Made by a program: the position numbers and the translations under genes. 64,000 nt of DNA, taken from Leucoraja erinacea. Lineage: Eukaryota. The DNA lies in assembly GCF_028641065.1 (NCBI RefSeq), contig NC_073402.1:28768001-28832000 (forward strand), read 5' to 3'. Under the pieces are notes generated by a model. That model saw only the letters and a program-made list of their open reading frames with translations, searched no databases and was not told where the DNA came from. Shown piece after piece: positions 1-12,140 of this stretch. Positions within the stretch are counted from its first letter, which is position 1, and every line of letters starts with the position of its first letter.

Positions 1-201
1 CTAATGCAGTTGTGCAGGCTAATGCAGTTGTGCAGGCTAATGCAGTTGTGCAGGCTAATGCAGTTGTGCAGGCTAATGCAGTTGAGCAGGCTAATGCAGT
101 TGTGCAGCCTAATGCAGTTGTGCAGCCTAATGCAGTTGTGCAGCCTAATGCAGTTGAGCAGCCTAATGCAGTTGAACAGCCTAATGCAGTTGAGCAGCCT
201 A
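1..201 (+). repeat. Coding 18-bp minisatellite (CTAATGCAGTTGWGCAGS)n encoding ANAVVQ/PNAVVQ/PNAVEQ hexapeptides in RLF
   Basis: About 11 tandem 18-mers read directly from the sequence, in frame with RLF and running off the window's left edge. Confidence 0.95.
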
Positions 202-3200
202 ACGAAGGCGAGCCACCAAGCCAGTCCGTTAACATTCCTGAGGTTCCAACTCTCGAGGAACTCGTAAGGGCTCTGCAGAAGCTGCAGCTGAATAAATCTG
301 AAGCCGTTGTGGGCAAAGTGACGGTGTGTGCCTCTGCTTTAACTTCACCCCTGATGGAGCCTGGGCTGACCTCCACCAGTGCCGCTTCCATGTCCACACC
401 TTTAGATAATGTTTCCCAACCACAGCCACACTCTCGTGAGCTCTTCCAACTCGATTCATCGAAAGAGGACTCGGGGGTCATTAAGCCATTTGTTTGCGAC
501 AATGACGGATGTGCCTTTAAGGCGATGACCAAAGATGGCCTCATTAACCATTACGTTAAAACTCACAAGTACCCCAAGGACAAGGTCCTCAAGTTAAGCC
601 GCTTTCAACTCAGGTTTGCCCCATTCAAATGCCACATCTGCCTAAGAACATTTACGAGAAAAACAAATCTCAGAACTCATTACAAACAAATGCATAGGTT
701 CAGTAAAGAGGACATGCAGAAAGGAAAGTTCTCGTATATAAACTGTGTTTCTGTTCCTGGCAATAGAAACCCTCAGCTGATTGTGCCAAATATATTAATT
801 AAAACTGAGAATGAGAGTCCCCTCCGCACTGAAGAGATATTGTGCGGTGCTCCCAATGTCACTGAAAGGTTGGGTTTGTCTGAAGACGCTGAGCCAATTA
901 AAACAGAAAAGGATTCCCTTTATCCAATGACCGTTCCTTACCAGACTGAAGACTGTAATTTATTTGGAGATGATGAGCATGTACAACTTGGCACAGTGGG
1001 CGGTAGCTGGCGCCAGCCTGGCAGTGATTCGGAGAACACGATGAATGAGTCTTTCACGACAGAGGTTGAATGTTCTGAATCTGCAGAATCGTTAAAATCC
1101 GAGGAGCTGCATCTGAACGGCAGCGTGGAGTCTGGCGGCTTGATGCCGGACAGCGCGGACGAGTCCGAATCCAAGGAAGAGGGTCGGGGGAGCCGAAGAG
1201 TTGGTGCTAAAACCAACCTGTGCTACATGTTGAACAAGTATCACAAACCTTATCACTGCATTCACAAGGGCTGCACTGCGGCTTTCACCGGCCAGCCTAA
1301 CCTGATCCGACACTACCAGACGGTTCACCAGTACAACCGGGAGCAAATGAGTCTGGAGGAAGATCAAGGAAATGCCAAGAAAGACAATACCAAAGTCAAG
1401 AAAATCTTCAAGTGCAAGTTTGAGGGTTGCACCAAGCGCTTCCAGTATCCTCGCGTGCTTTTGAGGCACTACAGTGAAATCCACAAGCTCGCCGGGGGTG
1501 AGTCGGGGAAGTTTGCTTGCAATCAGGCGGATTGTCTCTCCCCTTTTAACATGTACGGCAACCTCAGACGGCAGGCTGCCGAGTTACAGTTCAAGTGCAG
1601 CATAGACGGCTGCAGCCGTAACTACACGATCCGTTCCAGCTACCTGCGACATGTCCAAAGACAGCACAAAGCCCATTACAAGTCAATACTACTGAGGCCG
1701 CGGAAAAACTCCAAATATGACCGCAAGTCTAATTTGGAAAGATGCAACCTGGAATGTCTGGCTGGAGGTGCCAATGGATCCAGTTCGTCTGTTAAGCCTG
1801 AGATGAAGCTGTTTAAGCAGGAGCAACTCACGGATGAAGACAGTTCCAGCTCCGTGCCACTGCGTCCAACTAATTTGGGTCGAATCAGCGGAGAGAATCT
1901 CTCGGACGAGGAAAGCTGCGATTCCGAGTCTGAGGTCGACTCTAATTTTGAAATTTACAAGGCGAACCTCGACTCGTTTGGTTCAGCCCTGAAGCAGGAG
2001 TCTGACTTTGAAAGCCATCAGCACGGCGGGCATCTCACAGGCAAGGCTTGCAACAGGAAAAGAAAATTGGCAGCGGCTTTAAAGAGGAGTCTCGCGGACG
2101 ATCATTCGGACAACTCGAATGACTCGTCGGCGGTGCAGGACGGGGACTGTGGGAGGAGTGGATCCTCCCTGGTTTACTGCGGTTCCTCAGTGGACGAGTA
2201 CGATAAGGAATTGAGGAAATTGGGCAAGTGTCGTGATTTTTTGTTGAAGAGCGCCGACTGTGGGCTTGCGATGTGCAAGATTGAGATTTTGAGGGATCAG
2301 TTTCCGTGCATGGTAGACAACTGCCAAACCGTGGTCCTGAGCCGGCGCAGCGTGATGAGACACTACAAGATCCTCCACAAAATGAGCGCCAAGTACATTG
2401 AGCAGAATTTTAATACACTCCTAATGTGCAAGAAATATTCCGATCCATCCCGCGAGAAAAAGGATCCCGATTCTCCGTTTCCCAAAAAAGCCCACTCAGA
2501 GCAAGTGGACGATGGTCCAGGCTGCAGTGTTCTGCGGCAACAAAACGGGGAAACGCCGCTGAAAACCGAGTTCAAAATTGAGCCCGAGCAGATTGGGCCA
2601 GGGCAGCAGTTGCAGAACTGCAGCGTGGCGCACGGGAACGGCGCCTTTCCCGGCGGTGGGAACGCCCTGTTTCCTGGGAAGTCCGTGAGCAGCAGCCTGG
2701 CTCTGGGGATGGCAGGCAGGGGTCCGGGCTTCAAGGAAAACGATGCCAACCGGGCCTTCCTCCCGAAGAACGGAGGAGTCATTGCAAATATGGTGAAGAA
2801 AAGTGGCACCCAAAATGGCTCCGTCTTCACCAAGTTGAAGCAGCCTCTGAAAAGGAAATCTGAAATGGAAATTCAGTCGCAGAGAATGGACTCTGCGTAT
2901 TTGTCGCAGGGCTCCTTCTTTGGCAGCAAGGAGAACCAACAGAACCAGAGTCCTCCGCAAAAACCATTTGACCTGACCACCTATAAACCTCTCGGCTTCG
3001 AGGCCTCGTTTCTGAAGTTCATTCAAGAAAGTGAAGACGCTGAGAACGACGTGGATGAAACGTGGCATTGGGAACCACCAAAACGATGCAAACAATTTGA
3101 TTCGCCCCAGAGGGAGTCAGCAGTGGACACTGGCCCGACAGATTCGACAGTGGAAAACTGTAAAGGGTGCAGTGCAGACTGTGACAAAAACAACACTGCT

Positions 3201-3434
3201 GTGCATGACAGTTTTGCAGCAATCCAGCCTCTAATTTCACAAGGGTCAACTCCTTCTTTGGAGAACTTACGAACGATATTGGATAAGGCGTTGACAGACT
3301 GTGGAGATCTTGCCTTAAAGCAGCTTCATTTTCTTCGGCCTGTTGTGGTCCTGGAAAGGTCGGAGTTTTCCACTCCCCTCCTAGAACTGTTTCCAACAAA
3401 AAAGAGTGATGAACTGTGTGTGGGAAGTTCATAG
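3..3434 (+). CDS. RLF: Zinc finger protein RLF (rearranged L-myc fusion; ZNF292 paralogue), 3' part of the large terminal exon, 5'-partial
   Basis: Frame is open from the window edge to TAG 3432-3434. It has multiple C2H2 fingers (FKCHICLRTFTRKTNLRTHYKQMH, YHCIHKGCTAAFTGQPNLIRHYQTVH) and the motif FDLTTYKPLGFEASFLKFIQES. The C-terminus LDKALTDCGDLALKQLHFLRPVVVLERSEFSTPLLELFPTKKSDELCVGSS matches the recalled RLF C-terminus. Synteny with ZMPSTE24 supports the call. Confidence 0.95.
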   Translation, partial: NAVVQANAVVQANAVVQANAVVQANAVEQANAVVQPNAVVQPNAVVQPNAVEQPNAVEQPNAVEQPNEGEPPSQSVNIPEVPTLEELVRALQKLQLNKSEAVVGKVTVCASALTSPLMEPGLTSTSAASMSTPLDNVSQPQPHSRELFQLDSSKEDSGVIKPFVCDNDGCAFKAMTKDGLINHYVKTHKYPKDKVLKLSRFQLRFAPFKCHICLRTFTRKTNLRTHYKQMHRFSKEDMQKGKFSYINCVSVPGNRNPQLIVPNILIKTENESPLRTEEILCGAPNVTERLGLSEDAEPIKTEKDSLYPMTVPYQTEDCNLFGDDEHVQLGTVGGSWRQPGSDSENTMNESFTTEVECSESAESLKSEELHLNGSVESGGLMPDSADESESKEEGRGSRRVGAKTNLCYMLNKYHKPYHCIHKGCTAAFTGQPNLIRHYQTVHQYNREQMSLEEDQGNAKKDNTKVKKIFKCKFEGCTKRFQYPRVLLRHYSEIHKLAGGESGKFACNQADCLSPFNMYGNLRRQAAELQFKCSIDGCSRNYTIRSSYLRHVQRQHKAHYKSILLRPRKNSKYDRKSNLERCNLECLAGGANGSSSSVKPEMKLFKQEQLTDEDSSSSVPLRPTNLGRISGENLSDEESCDSESEVDSNFEIYKANLDSFGSALKQESDFESHQHGGHLTGKACNRKRKLAAALKRSLADDHSDNSNDSSAVQDGDCGRSGSSLVYCGSSVDEYDKELRKLGKCRDFLLKSADCGLAMCKIEILRDQFPCMVDNCQTVVLSRRSVMRHYKILHKMSAKYIEQNFNTLLMCKKYSDPSREKKDPDSPFPKKAHSEQVDDGPGCSVLRQQNGETPLKTEFKIEPEQIGPGQQLQNCSVAHGNGAFPGGGNALFPGKSVSSSLALGMAGRGPGFKENDANRAFLPKNGGVIANMVKKSGTQNGSVFTKLKQPLKRKSEMEIQSQRMDSAYLSQGSFFGSKENQQNQSPPQKPFDLTTYKPLGFEASFLKFIQESEDAENDVDETWHWEPPKRCKQFDSPQRESAVDTGPTDSTVENCKGCSADCDKNNTAVHDSFAAIQPLISQGSTPSLENLRTILDKALTDCGDLALKQLHFLRPVVVLERSEFSTPLLELFPTKKSDELCVGSS

Positions 3435-4433
3435 GACTATTTGTATCAATTTTGCAAACTTAAAATCACCATACTGTAAAACTATGTAGAGATAAAAGCA
3501 GTGCTGCAGAGAATAAAAAGTGAATACGCCTGGGGCTTCCATTTGGGAAACGAAACCTTGGTTTGTTCTGGTTTTGTGCATGATTGTGTGTGTGTATACG
3601 AACGAGTATTAGGGTACTTATCGGGGGTTAGTAGTTGGCACTAAGAACTTGAATGTGCACATACATACTGGTGCTTTTCTGTAATATATTGTACACTACA
3701 TCTCCTTTATGTATGGGTTTTGAGATAGTACACTGTCAATTAAATGGCAATTTTTCACAAAAAAACATTGTACTGATGGGTTTTTACTACAAGTCACATT
3801 GTATCGATGCTTTTGGAAAAACAGATTGGTCACCTTATTCATTTTTGGGATCAAAGAAATCTTGACAGTTATCAATTTTTATTTTTTTTAAAGCTACTTT
3901 TACTGTAGTGGGACTTTGGCGAACCCAGACGTTTTTTCTTGAAATATTCTTGCAATCGTATAAGAAATCTTCAAACTGGAATGTAAGAAAGCTACAAATT
4001 GGAACAAACACGGCGGCTGATTTTAATTTTTGATGAGCTTCACTTTTACCGTGACCATCCACAAGTTGACTGAAATGTTATTTAAAATGGGCTCAAGTTT
4101 TTTTTGTTTTTCTTTCTCTGCTGTAAGTGGAATTCTCCCTTTTTTATAACTTACTACTGTGTAGCAATTTTGTTCTGAAGTTAGCTTTTGTTTTAAAAAA
4201 GGACCAAATTGATCACTGCAGTATTTTCCTCTGTACATTTTACATATTCTACCCTCGTAATATAGATTTTAACATGAAAGGTAGTGATCTCGTGAAGAAA
4301 ATTAATTTGGTGTGTATGTATTTGGAGGTGGTGAAATAGCAAGAGATGACCTTCTGTTTAAGATATTTTGAAGTAATGTGTTACTTATTTAACATGCAGT
4401 TTTTGCTAAGAAATTTCAAAATGTCTGAATAAA
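3435..4433 (+). other. RLF: RLF 3' UTR with candidate polyadenylation signals (AATAAA at 3512-3517 and 4428-4433)
   Basis: AT-rich, repeat-free ~1 kb after the stop codon. Repeats resume shortly after the distal AATAAA. Confidence 0.65.
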
Positions 4434-7400
4434 CCTAGAACATTTTTGCCAGTAAACTATACTACCTTTCAAGTCAGGTTTATTAGTGACACTTGGTGAT
4501 GAACACGGAATGAATGATCATAGCATAACAAACTTAAATGGTTCCTTGGAAGCACCGGAAATTTCTAAGATAGACACAAAAAGCTGGAGTAACTTAGCGG
4601 CTCAGGCAGTATCAGGCAGCTTTAAAACCGAGATGAGAAGAACCTTTTTCACACAGAGAGTGGTGAATCTCTGGAACTCTCTGCCGCAGAGGGTAGTCGA
4701 GGCCAGTTCATTGGCTATATTTAAGAGGGAGTTAGATGTGGCCCTTGTGGCTAAAGAGATCAGAGGGTATGGAGAGAAGGCAGGTACGGGATACTGAGTT
4801 GGATGATCAGCCATGATCATATTGAATGGCGGTGCAGGCTCGAAGGGCCGAATGGCCTACTCCTGCACCTAATTTCTATGTTTCTATCTCTGGGGAAAAG
4901 GAATACGTGATGTTGAGACCCTTCTTTGGGTCTCTCTTTGGTTTAAACCAGCATCTGCAGTTCCTTCCTACACATGAAATTACTAAGTATGTAATCAAGT
5001 TTGATATTTGATACATTAATTTAGAACAGTCCATGTCAATCCATAGATTTTTCAATGGAGGTGTTGAAATATTCCATGGTAGGTTAAACTTGTGAACCCT
5101 TGAATCAAATGCCATTAATTGGATTTAACTTGGTCGTATTTAGAATCACATTGAACTGTCTGTCTTGTGATTTTTAAGGATAGTGAAATCTATTGTTGTA
5201 TTCCCTGTGGGCAGAGGTATTCCCTCAGAGAATGCAAAACGTGTTTGCTAGTAACAGTGGGGATTTTAGAAGCTCTTGAGATACCCTCGTTTCTTTATAA
5301 CAGCATGATATATTCTGGGTTGTAGTGTTAGAAATATTAAGAGGCTCTTAGTCCAAGATTTATGGCCCATCATTAACTAAAATTACTGGCCAGTCTATGC
5401 ATTGGCTTGGAATGGTAGGGACATTTATTATGAGCAGATTTAAAAAAACATTTTTTTAGTCTCAATGATTTTAAAATCATTTTAAAATGATTCAATAGTC
5501 GGCATAATAGGGATTTCAAGCTTGCTTCCAGCCTGGGCCTGTAGGAAATGTAATCTTAATTTATATAATTAAGATTAAAGCCTAATTAAGTCTGAAGAAG
5601 GGTCCTGGCCCAAAATGTCACCTATGCATATTCTCCTGGGATGCTGTCTGACCCGCTGATTCACTCTGGCACTTTGTGTCTATCTTCAGCCCATCTTGTC
5701 CTGTTTTTTCCTCATTGAACCATTTTAGCATTGTGACCTTGATGGTGAATTTACACTCTCCTGATGCATGGAACTGTAGGCAGTAATCCAGCATTTCTTG
5801 GTCGGTTTTGAAAGCATACCCACTGGAACTACAGACTTTGATTTCAAGTAACCAAATAAACATGTGGCTGAAATTGGAACTGCAGCCTAGCAGAATTGAG
5901 TGCTTACGGTGTGGCTGGTAACCAAAGATTCCTGAAAAACATCAGTAAGAAAGATTTTGTTTAAGAAAGAACTGCAGATGCTGGCACTATTGAAGGTAGA
6001 CAGAAAATGCTGGAGAAATTCAGCGGGTGAGGCAGCATCTATGGAGAGAAGGAATAGGTAATGTTCGGGGTCGAGATCCTTCTTCAAGTTGCCAATTCCT
6101 TGTGGCTGGGGTGACTGCATCATCTTGGAGATAAAAGGCACTCACATCCTCTCATTCTGGCTGTTATAATGTACTCGGGACTGTTCTGACATGTACTTGG
6201 GCAGCCCTAATGTTTAGATATATTAGATTTCCACAGCCTGAGAAAGCAAATCTGGCACAGAAAAGAAACAGCTAAATTATTGATCCATGAACTGCAGATA
6301 CTGGTTTACAGTAAGAAAAGACACCAAGTTCTGGATTAACAGCGGGTCAGGCAGCAACTCTGGAGAACATGGATGTTTTTAGTCAGTAGCCTTCTTCAGA
6401 CCAAAATCCAATGAATTTTTGAGTTGCTACCAACCTGGATACTGAAGATCGACACACAGTGCTGGAGTAACTCAGTGGGTCAGGCAGCATTTCTGGAGTA
6501 AAAGGATGGATGACGTGTCAGGTCAAGACTCTTCAGACACATCTGAAGAAGGATCCCGTCCCGAAACAGCGCCCATCCTTTTTCTCCAAGAGGCTGCCTG
6601 AACCACTGAGTTACTCCAGCACTTTGCATCTATCTTTGGTATAAACCAGCACCTGCAATTCTTTGTTTCAACAACCTGGCTACCCAGGTCTATGCAGTAA
6701 ATCTAATGGAAAATGGATTTGTAAGTGTCAAAAGCATAACCTGAGTGCTTGCTTTGTGGGTTGTAGAAAACCTGCATGTGTATTTCATCTCCATCGACCT
6801 ACAATGTGCTAACATTGGGGTTGCTGCCAAGCTGAAGTCAATGTTCTTATTTCACTTCAACGTGCTCAGCCAAAGACAACTCTGGCAACACATTTCTGGC
6901 ACAAACCTTCTGGCTAGATTTAGAATATAACTCTCTGGTGCAAAGAGTTGCAAAGAATCCTGTCCCTTGAAGAAGAACAACTCTGATATCATCATCTTAA
7001 AAGGCAGCTCTTTTCCTATAACTATGCTCACTAGTTTTAGGTGCTGTATGCCAACTATGTCGTAATCTATACTCATGATCACTGAATTACACTTAAACAA
7101 TAATATCTGACGTCCAGCCTATTAATTTCAATAGACAGTAGGTGCAGGAGTAGGCCATTCGGCCCTTCGAGCCAGCACCGCCATTCAATATGATCATAGC
7201 TGATCATCCCCAATCAGTACCCCGTTCCTGCCTTCTCCCCATATCCCCTGACTCCGCTATTTTTAAGAGCCCCATCTAGCTCTCTCTTGAAAGAATCCAG
7301 AGAACTGGCCTCCAATACCCTTGAGAATTACTACTTTCAGTACAATCATCTTACATTCGTTCAAATTCCAATGACTTTCAATCTTTTAATACATCGGCGT

Positions 7401-9557
7401 CTTTATTACATAGAGTTCTTTATCCCAGATATCAACCAAGTGGTCTTCTGCACTGTCTTCAATATGACTACATCGTTAAGTTTAGTTTGAGAAACAGCAT
7501 GGAAACGGCCCCTTGAATCACCGAGTCCACACTGACCAACGATCATCACCCCTACACAACGTCTATGTTGTCCCATGTTTGCATCCTACACACTGAGGGC
7601 AATTTACAGAAGCCAATTAACCTACAACCCTGTGCTTTGGAATGTGGGAGGAAACCGGAGCACCTGGAGAAAACCCACACGGTCACAGGGAGAATGTACA
7701 AAACTGCGCAGACAGCTGTTGAGCCAGTATGCCACCCTTAAATATGGAGACCACAACTGTGTTCTTAATAGTACGCTATACAGTTGCATCAAATCTCTTT
7801 TCTACTCCATAACCTTTGTAATAAAATCCAACATCCCAATGGCATTTTAATTTTGTGCTGTATGTCATAATCTTTGGTGTTTCAAAGCCAGCCCTTTGAA
7901 TTTGTTGGAAAGACCAAGCAGAATGCCTGTAGAGGCTGATATATGGGTTGCACCTGTTGTTTTGTGCAGTAAGATTTGGGAAGGTCTTTAGTGAAGGCCA
8001 TCAGTTCAGTTTTGCTCCATAGATGCTGCCTCGCCTGCTGAGTTTCTCCAGCATTTTTGTCTACCTTCGATGTTCCAGCATCTGCAGTTCCGTAAGCACT
8101 TCAGTTTCAGTCCAGTTTAGTTTATTGTCACGTGTGCCGAGGTACAGTGAAATGTTTTTGTTGTGTGCTAACCAGATAACGGAGCACCCACATGAAACCC
8201 ACGCTGTCCCAGGGAGAACATGCAAACTCCGCACAGACAGCATGTTGTCTACCAGCTGTGCCACCCTATAGTTAATAAATTTTATTTGGTCGAAGACACA
8301 CCAGGAGACAAGAACTGAGGAACTCCAGCCAGAATCTAAACTCCCATGAATATAAATTACAGTCTAATTTATATTGTTAACATTTCAGTGTGTATTTACA
8401 TGGGGCACTTTGAACCACATGTTACATATTCATGAGCTTCATGAGATACTTGGCAAAAGTAAAGGAACACATCGGATAAGTGAGAATGAGCCGCCTGGTC
8501 TCAGCTTTGAACCGGGTTCAATGTGTCAGTCACAGGAGAACAGTTATCTCTAGAACCATGAAGGCCAGGAATGCTGATAAGGACGGGAACAAAAGCTGAA
8601 TAGCTGGGATCGACGTGTGAATTACTAACCAGCTACGTACTCTGCTACAGTCCCTGCATCAAACCTGCATACAAAGTGAAGATAGACACAAAACGCTGCA
8701 GTAACTCAGCGGGACAGGCAAAGCAATGGGGGGTCGGTAACCTGACAAATAGTCATGCACATATCCCAATGATTTGCATGTAAAATACCTTGTGGAGACA
8801 AGGAACTGCAGGCAGACAGACACAAAGAGCTGGAGTAACTCAGCAGGTCAGACAACATCTCTGGATAAAATGAAGAGGTGGCGTTTCGGGGCGAGACCCT
8901 CAAGACTTTAGATGCTGGTTTACAAAAAAAGACACAATGCTGGAGTAACTCAGCGGGTCAGGCGGCATTGCTGGGGGACATGGATGAGTGATGTTTGGGG
9001 TCAGCATTACGGTTATCTGCCTGGCTTGCTGAATTACTCCAGCACTTTGTGTCTTCTTTTGTAAACCAGCATCTGCAGTTCCTTTTGTCTCAATGCTTCT
9101 GGCTGCCTGTTCCACATAACCTTTTCTTTTAAAAGAGTATCAAAGGAAAATGATGTCAGGCTTGAAAATACCCAGGGTTACACAGAAAAGCTGGAGAAAC
9201 TCAGCGGGTGCAGCAGCATCTATGGAGCGAAGGAAATAGGCAACGTTTCGGGCCGAAACCCTTCTTCAGACAAAATACCCAGTGCTTCCTGGGAGGGGAG
9301 TTTGTAACTCTTGTAGCTCTTGAGATAAGAAATTCCTCCTCCCCTCTCTGTTTTAAACAGGTGACCCTTCCTTGTATCCTGACACTGCTCCCATCACCAC
9401 TCACTCTCTCACCAGGAGCAACAGCCTTGAACTTTCGAGCTGCTGAAGCCGCTCAGAATATTGTACACTTCCAAGAAATCCAACTCTTCTTGGCCGACCG
9501 CCATACTTTGTATGTTCTCTGCAAGGGCCACGGATGAGATCTATTGGCTAGACACGT

Positions 9558-9875
9558 GGTCCAGGACAAGGGGTCACAGCTTAAGGATAAGGGGGAAATC
9601 CTTTAAAACCGAGATGAGAAGAACTTTTTTCACACAGAGAGTGGTGAATCTCTGGAACTCTCTGCCACAGAGGGTAGTCGAGGCTAGTTCATTGGTTATA
9701 TTTAAGAGGGAGTTAGATGTGGCCCTTGTGGCTAAGGGGATCAGAGGGTATGGAGAGAAGGCAGGTACGGGATACTGAGTTGGATGATCAGCCATGATCA
9801 TATTGAATGGCGGTGCAGGCTCGAAGGGCCGAATGGCCTACTCCTGCACCTAATTTCTATGTCTATGTTTCTATG
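9558..9875 (+). mobile_element. Short, young CR1 3' end; near-identical copies at 4621-4885(+), 10703-10945(+), 27797-28037(-), 28585-28828(-), 54730-55060(-); related copies at 24890-25250(-), 25590-25965(-), 39890-40185(+), 42095-42460(-), 48088-48340(-), 53400-53695(+)
   Basis: All share FTQRVVNLWNSLPQ...GYGEKAGTGY and the 3' end GGGCCGAATGGCCTACTCCTGCACC(TTTCTATG)n. Confidence 0.88.
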
Positions 9876-11699
9876 TGGTGACATTTGTGTACTGCCTAGG
9901 TGAGGTCTGCTGTCTGATTCTGCTGGGTTGCATGCAAAACAAAGCATACAAAGTGAAGATAGACACATGGGGCATATGTGACAAAGTAGCATTCAATCAA
10001 TAGATTAGATTAGATTCAATTTTATTGTCGTTGCACTGAAAATGGTTTAGCCTGCAGTCATAACATAGAATAAATAACAAAAACACACACAAAAAAAGGT
10101 CCCAAAGTCCTTGCCTCTTTCCTCCTTGCTCTCCCTCTGCGCTGAGGCGATGATGTTGTGACCCCGCCAGGTGATGGTGAGTAAGTCGGTCCCGAGGCTG
10201 AATGCGAGCTCCGCGAACGGGCCGGTTCAAACTCCGCGGCCCGGGGCGGACGAAGCTGCCGCCCTCCAGTCCAGCGGGCGAAGCTGTTGTTGCGGGAGCT
10301 CCGGAAAAAAACAGGTCTCCAACCAGTGACCTGCGAGCTCCCGACGATGTCGTCCACTGAGCCCGCAGCGGAGGCTCCAAAGTCGAGATCTGTTTGTTTT
10401 TTCCCTATGGGGGCGTCAGTGTGATGAGTGGGAAGAAACTGCAGATACTGGTTTACACCGAAGATAAACACAAGATGCTGGAGTGACTCAGTGGGACAGG
10501 CAGCATCCATGGAGAGAAGGAGAGAAGAAATGGGTGATGTTTCGGGTCAAGACCCTTTTTTCAGACTGAAGAAGGGTCTCGACCCGAAATGTCATCTATG
10601 TCTTCAATATGATGAGATTCCTCTGCGGCTGTGTACCTTACTGGATGTTGCCTTAATGGAGTATTTCTCCCACGCCTGAGTTGCAACTTATACCAGCCAC
10701 GCTTTTTCACACAGAGAGTGGTGAATCTCTGGAATTCTCTCCTTCAGAAGGTAGTTGAGGCCAGTTCATTGGCTATAATTAAGAGGGAGTTAGATGTGGC
10801 CCTTGTGGCTAGAGGGATCAGGGGGTATGGAGAGAAGGCAGGTACGGGATACTGAGTTGGATGATCAGCCATGATCATATTGAATGGCGGTGCAGGCTCG
10901 AAGGGCCGAATGGCCTACTCCTGTACCTATTTTCTATGTTTCTATCCAGCTCCTCTCTTCTGGTATCTCCCAATCACCCAATTTAACAATCCCATACACA
11001 GGGATATCTCTCTAATTTTATTTGGTAGCAGGTTTAGTTTGGGTGATACAAATGAGTCGGAATAATGGTAAGATTAAGTTTCAATTCATCAACATTTACA
11101 CAAAGTGAGCAATTGAATTGAACAATACTTCCCCTAAGTACTTCCGTCTGAAGAAGGGTCTCGACCTGAACCATCACCAATTCCTTCGCTCCATAGATGC
11201 TGCCTCACCCGCTGAGTTCCTCCAGCATTTTTATCTGCCTTAGTACTTCCCCGAACATTGTTTTAATAGATTAGTACCAATGGTATAACATTTGAATAAT
11301 TGGATTGCAATGATTTTCAGTAAGCCATTCATGTTACATCCACTTTATACAGTTGCCAAGTTACAGTTATGCAATACAGCGTTATTGATGGAGATCAGCA
11401 CTTAATATTCAATTAATCCTGCTATAGGACACTCAAAGAACAATTCTGAAAATGACTGAAGTAGTTCACACATAACATGTAGCAGTCGGTGAAGCGAGCC
11501 CTAGACACCAAGCCCAAAGATGCTCACAATGCAGTACATAGTCTTGTTCTCCCACCGCACTGTGCAACTTCCTGAAAGTGAAAAAAAGTCTTTTGACTTC
11601 AGAGATACAGAGTGGAAACAGGCCCTTCGGCCCACCGCGTCCATGCCCAAGACTAGCACTATCCCACTAGGTGTTTTCAATTTTACACCAATTAACCTG

Positions 11700-12140
11700 C
11701 ATTTCAAGTCGTCAAGAAATTTTATTGTCATGTGTCCCAGATAGGACAATGAAATGCTTGCTGCAGCACCCAACAGAGTATTGTAGGCATAAATACAGAA
11801 AAATCAGTGTGTCTATATACCATAGACCTTATATATACACATAAATAAACAGATAAAGTGCAATAGGCTATAGTTCAGAGTTTGTTTGAAGTTGTGTTTA
11901 ATAGTCTGATGGCTGTGGGGAAGCAGCTGTTCCTGAACCTGGATGTACCAGATTTCAGGCTCCTGTACCTTCTACCTGATGGCAGCGGAGAGAAGAGTGT
12001 GTGGCCAGGATGGTGTGGGTCCTTGATGATGTTGGCAGCCTTTTTGAGGCAGCGACTGCGATAGATCCCCTCGATGGTAGGGAGGTCAGAGCCGGTGATG
12101 GCCTGGGCAGTGGTTACAACTTTTTACAGCCTTTTCCACT
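11700..12140 (-). mobile_element. Rex/Babar LINE 3' fragment; related pieces at 18075-18480(-), 27420-27797(+), 48500-48850(+), 57468-57750(-)
   Basis: IIKDPHHPGH...LLPSGRRYRSL...RFRNSXFPXAIRLLN-type remnants, with GACAATAAA and short tandem tails. Confidence 0.7.

Noticed and set aside
1-201. Regular short repeats resembling a CRISPR array
   Set aside because: There are no unique spacers; it is an in-frame coding minisatellite in a vertebrate gene.
938-3432. Antisense ORFs overlapping RLF (up to 199 aa)
   Set aside because: Shadow ORFs of a GC-rich coding exon with no independent homology signal.
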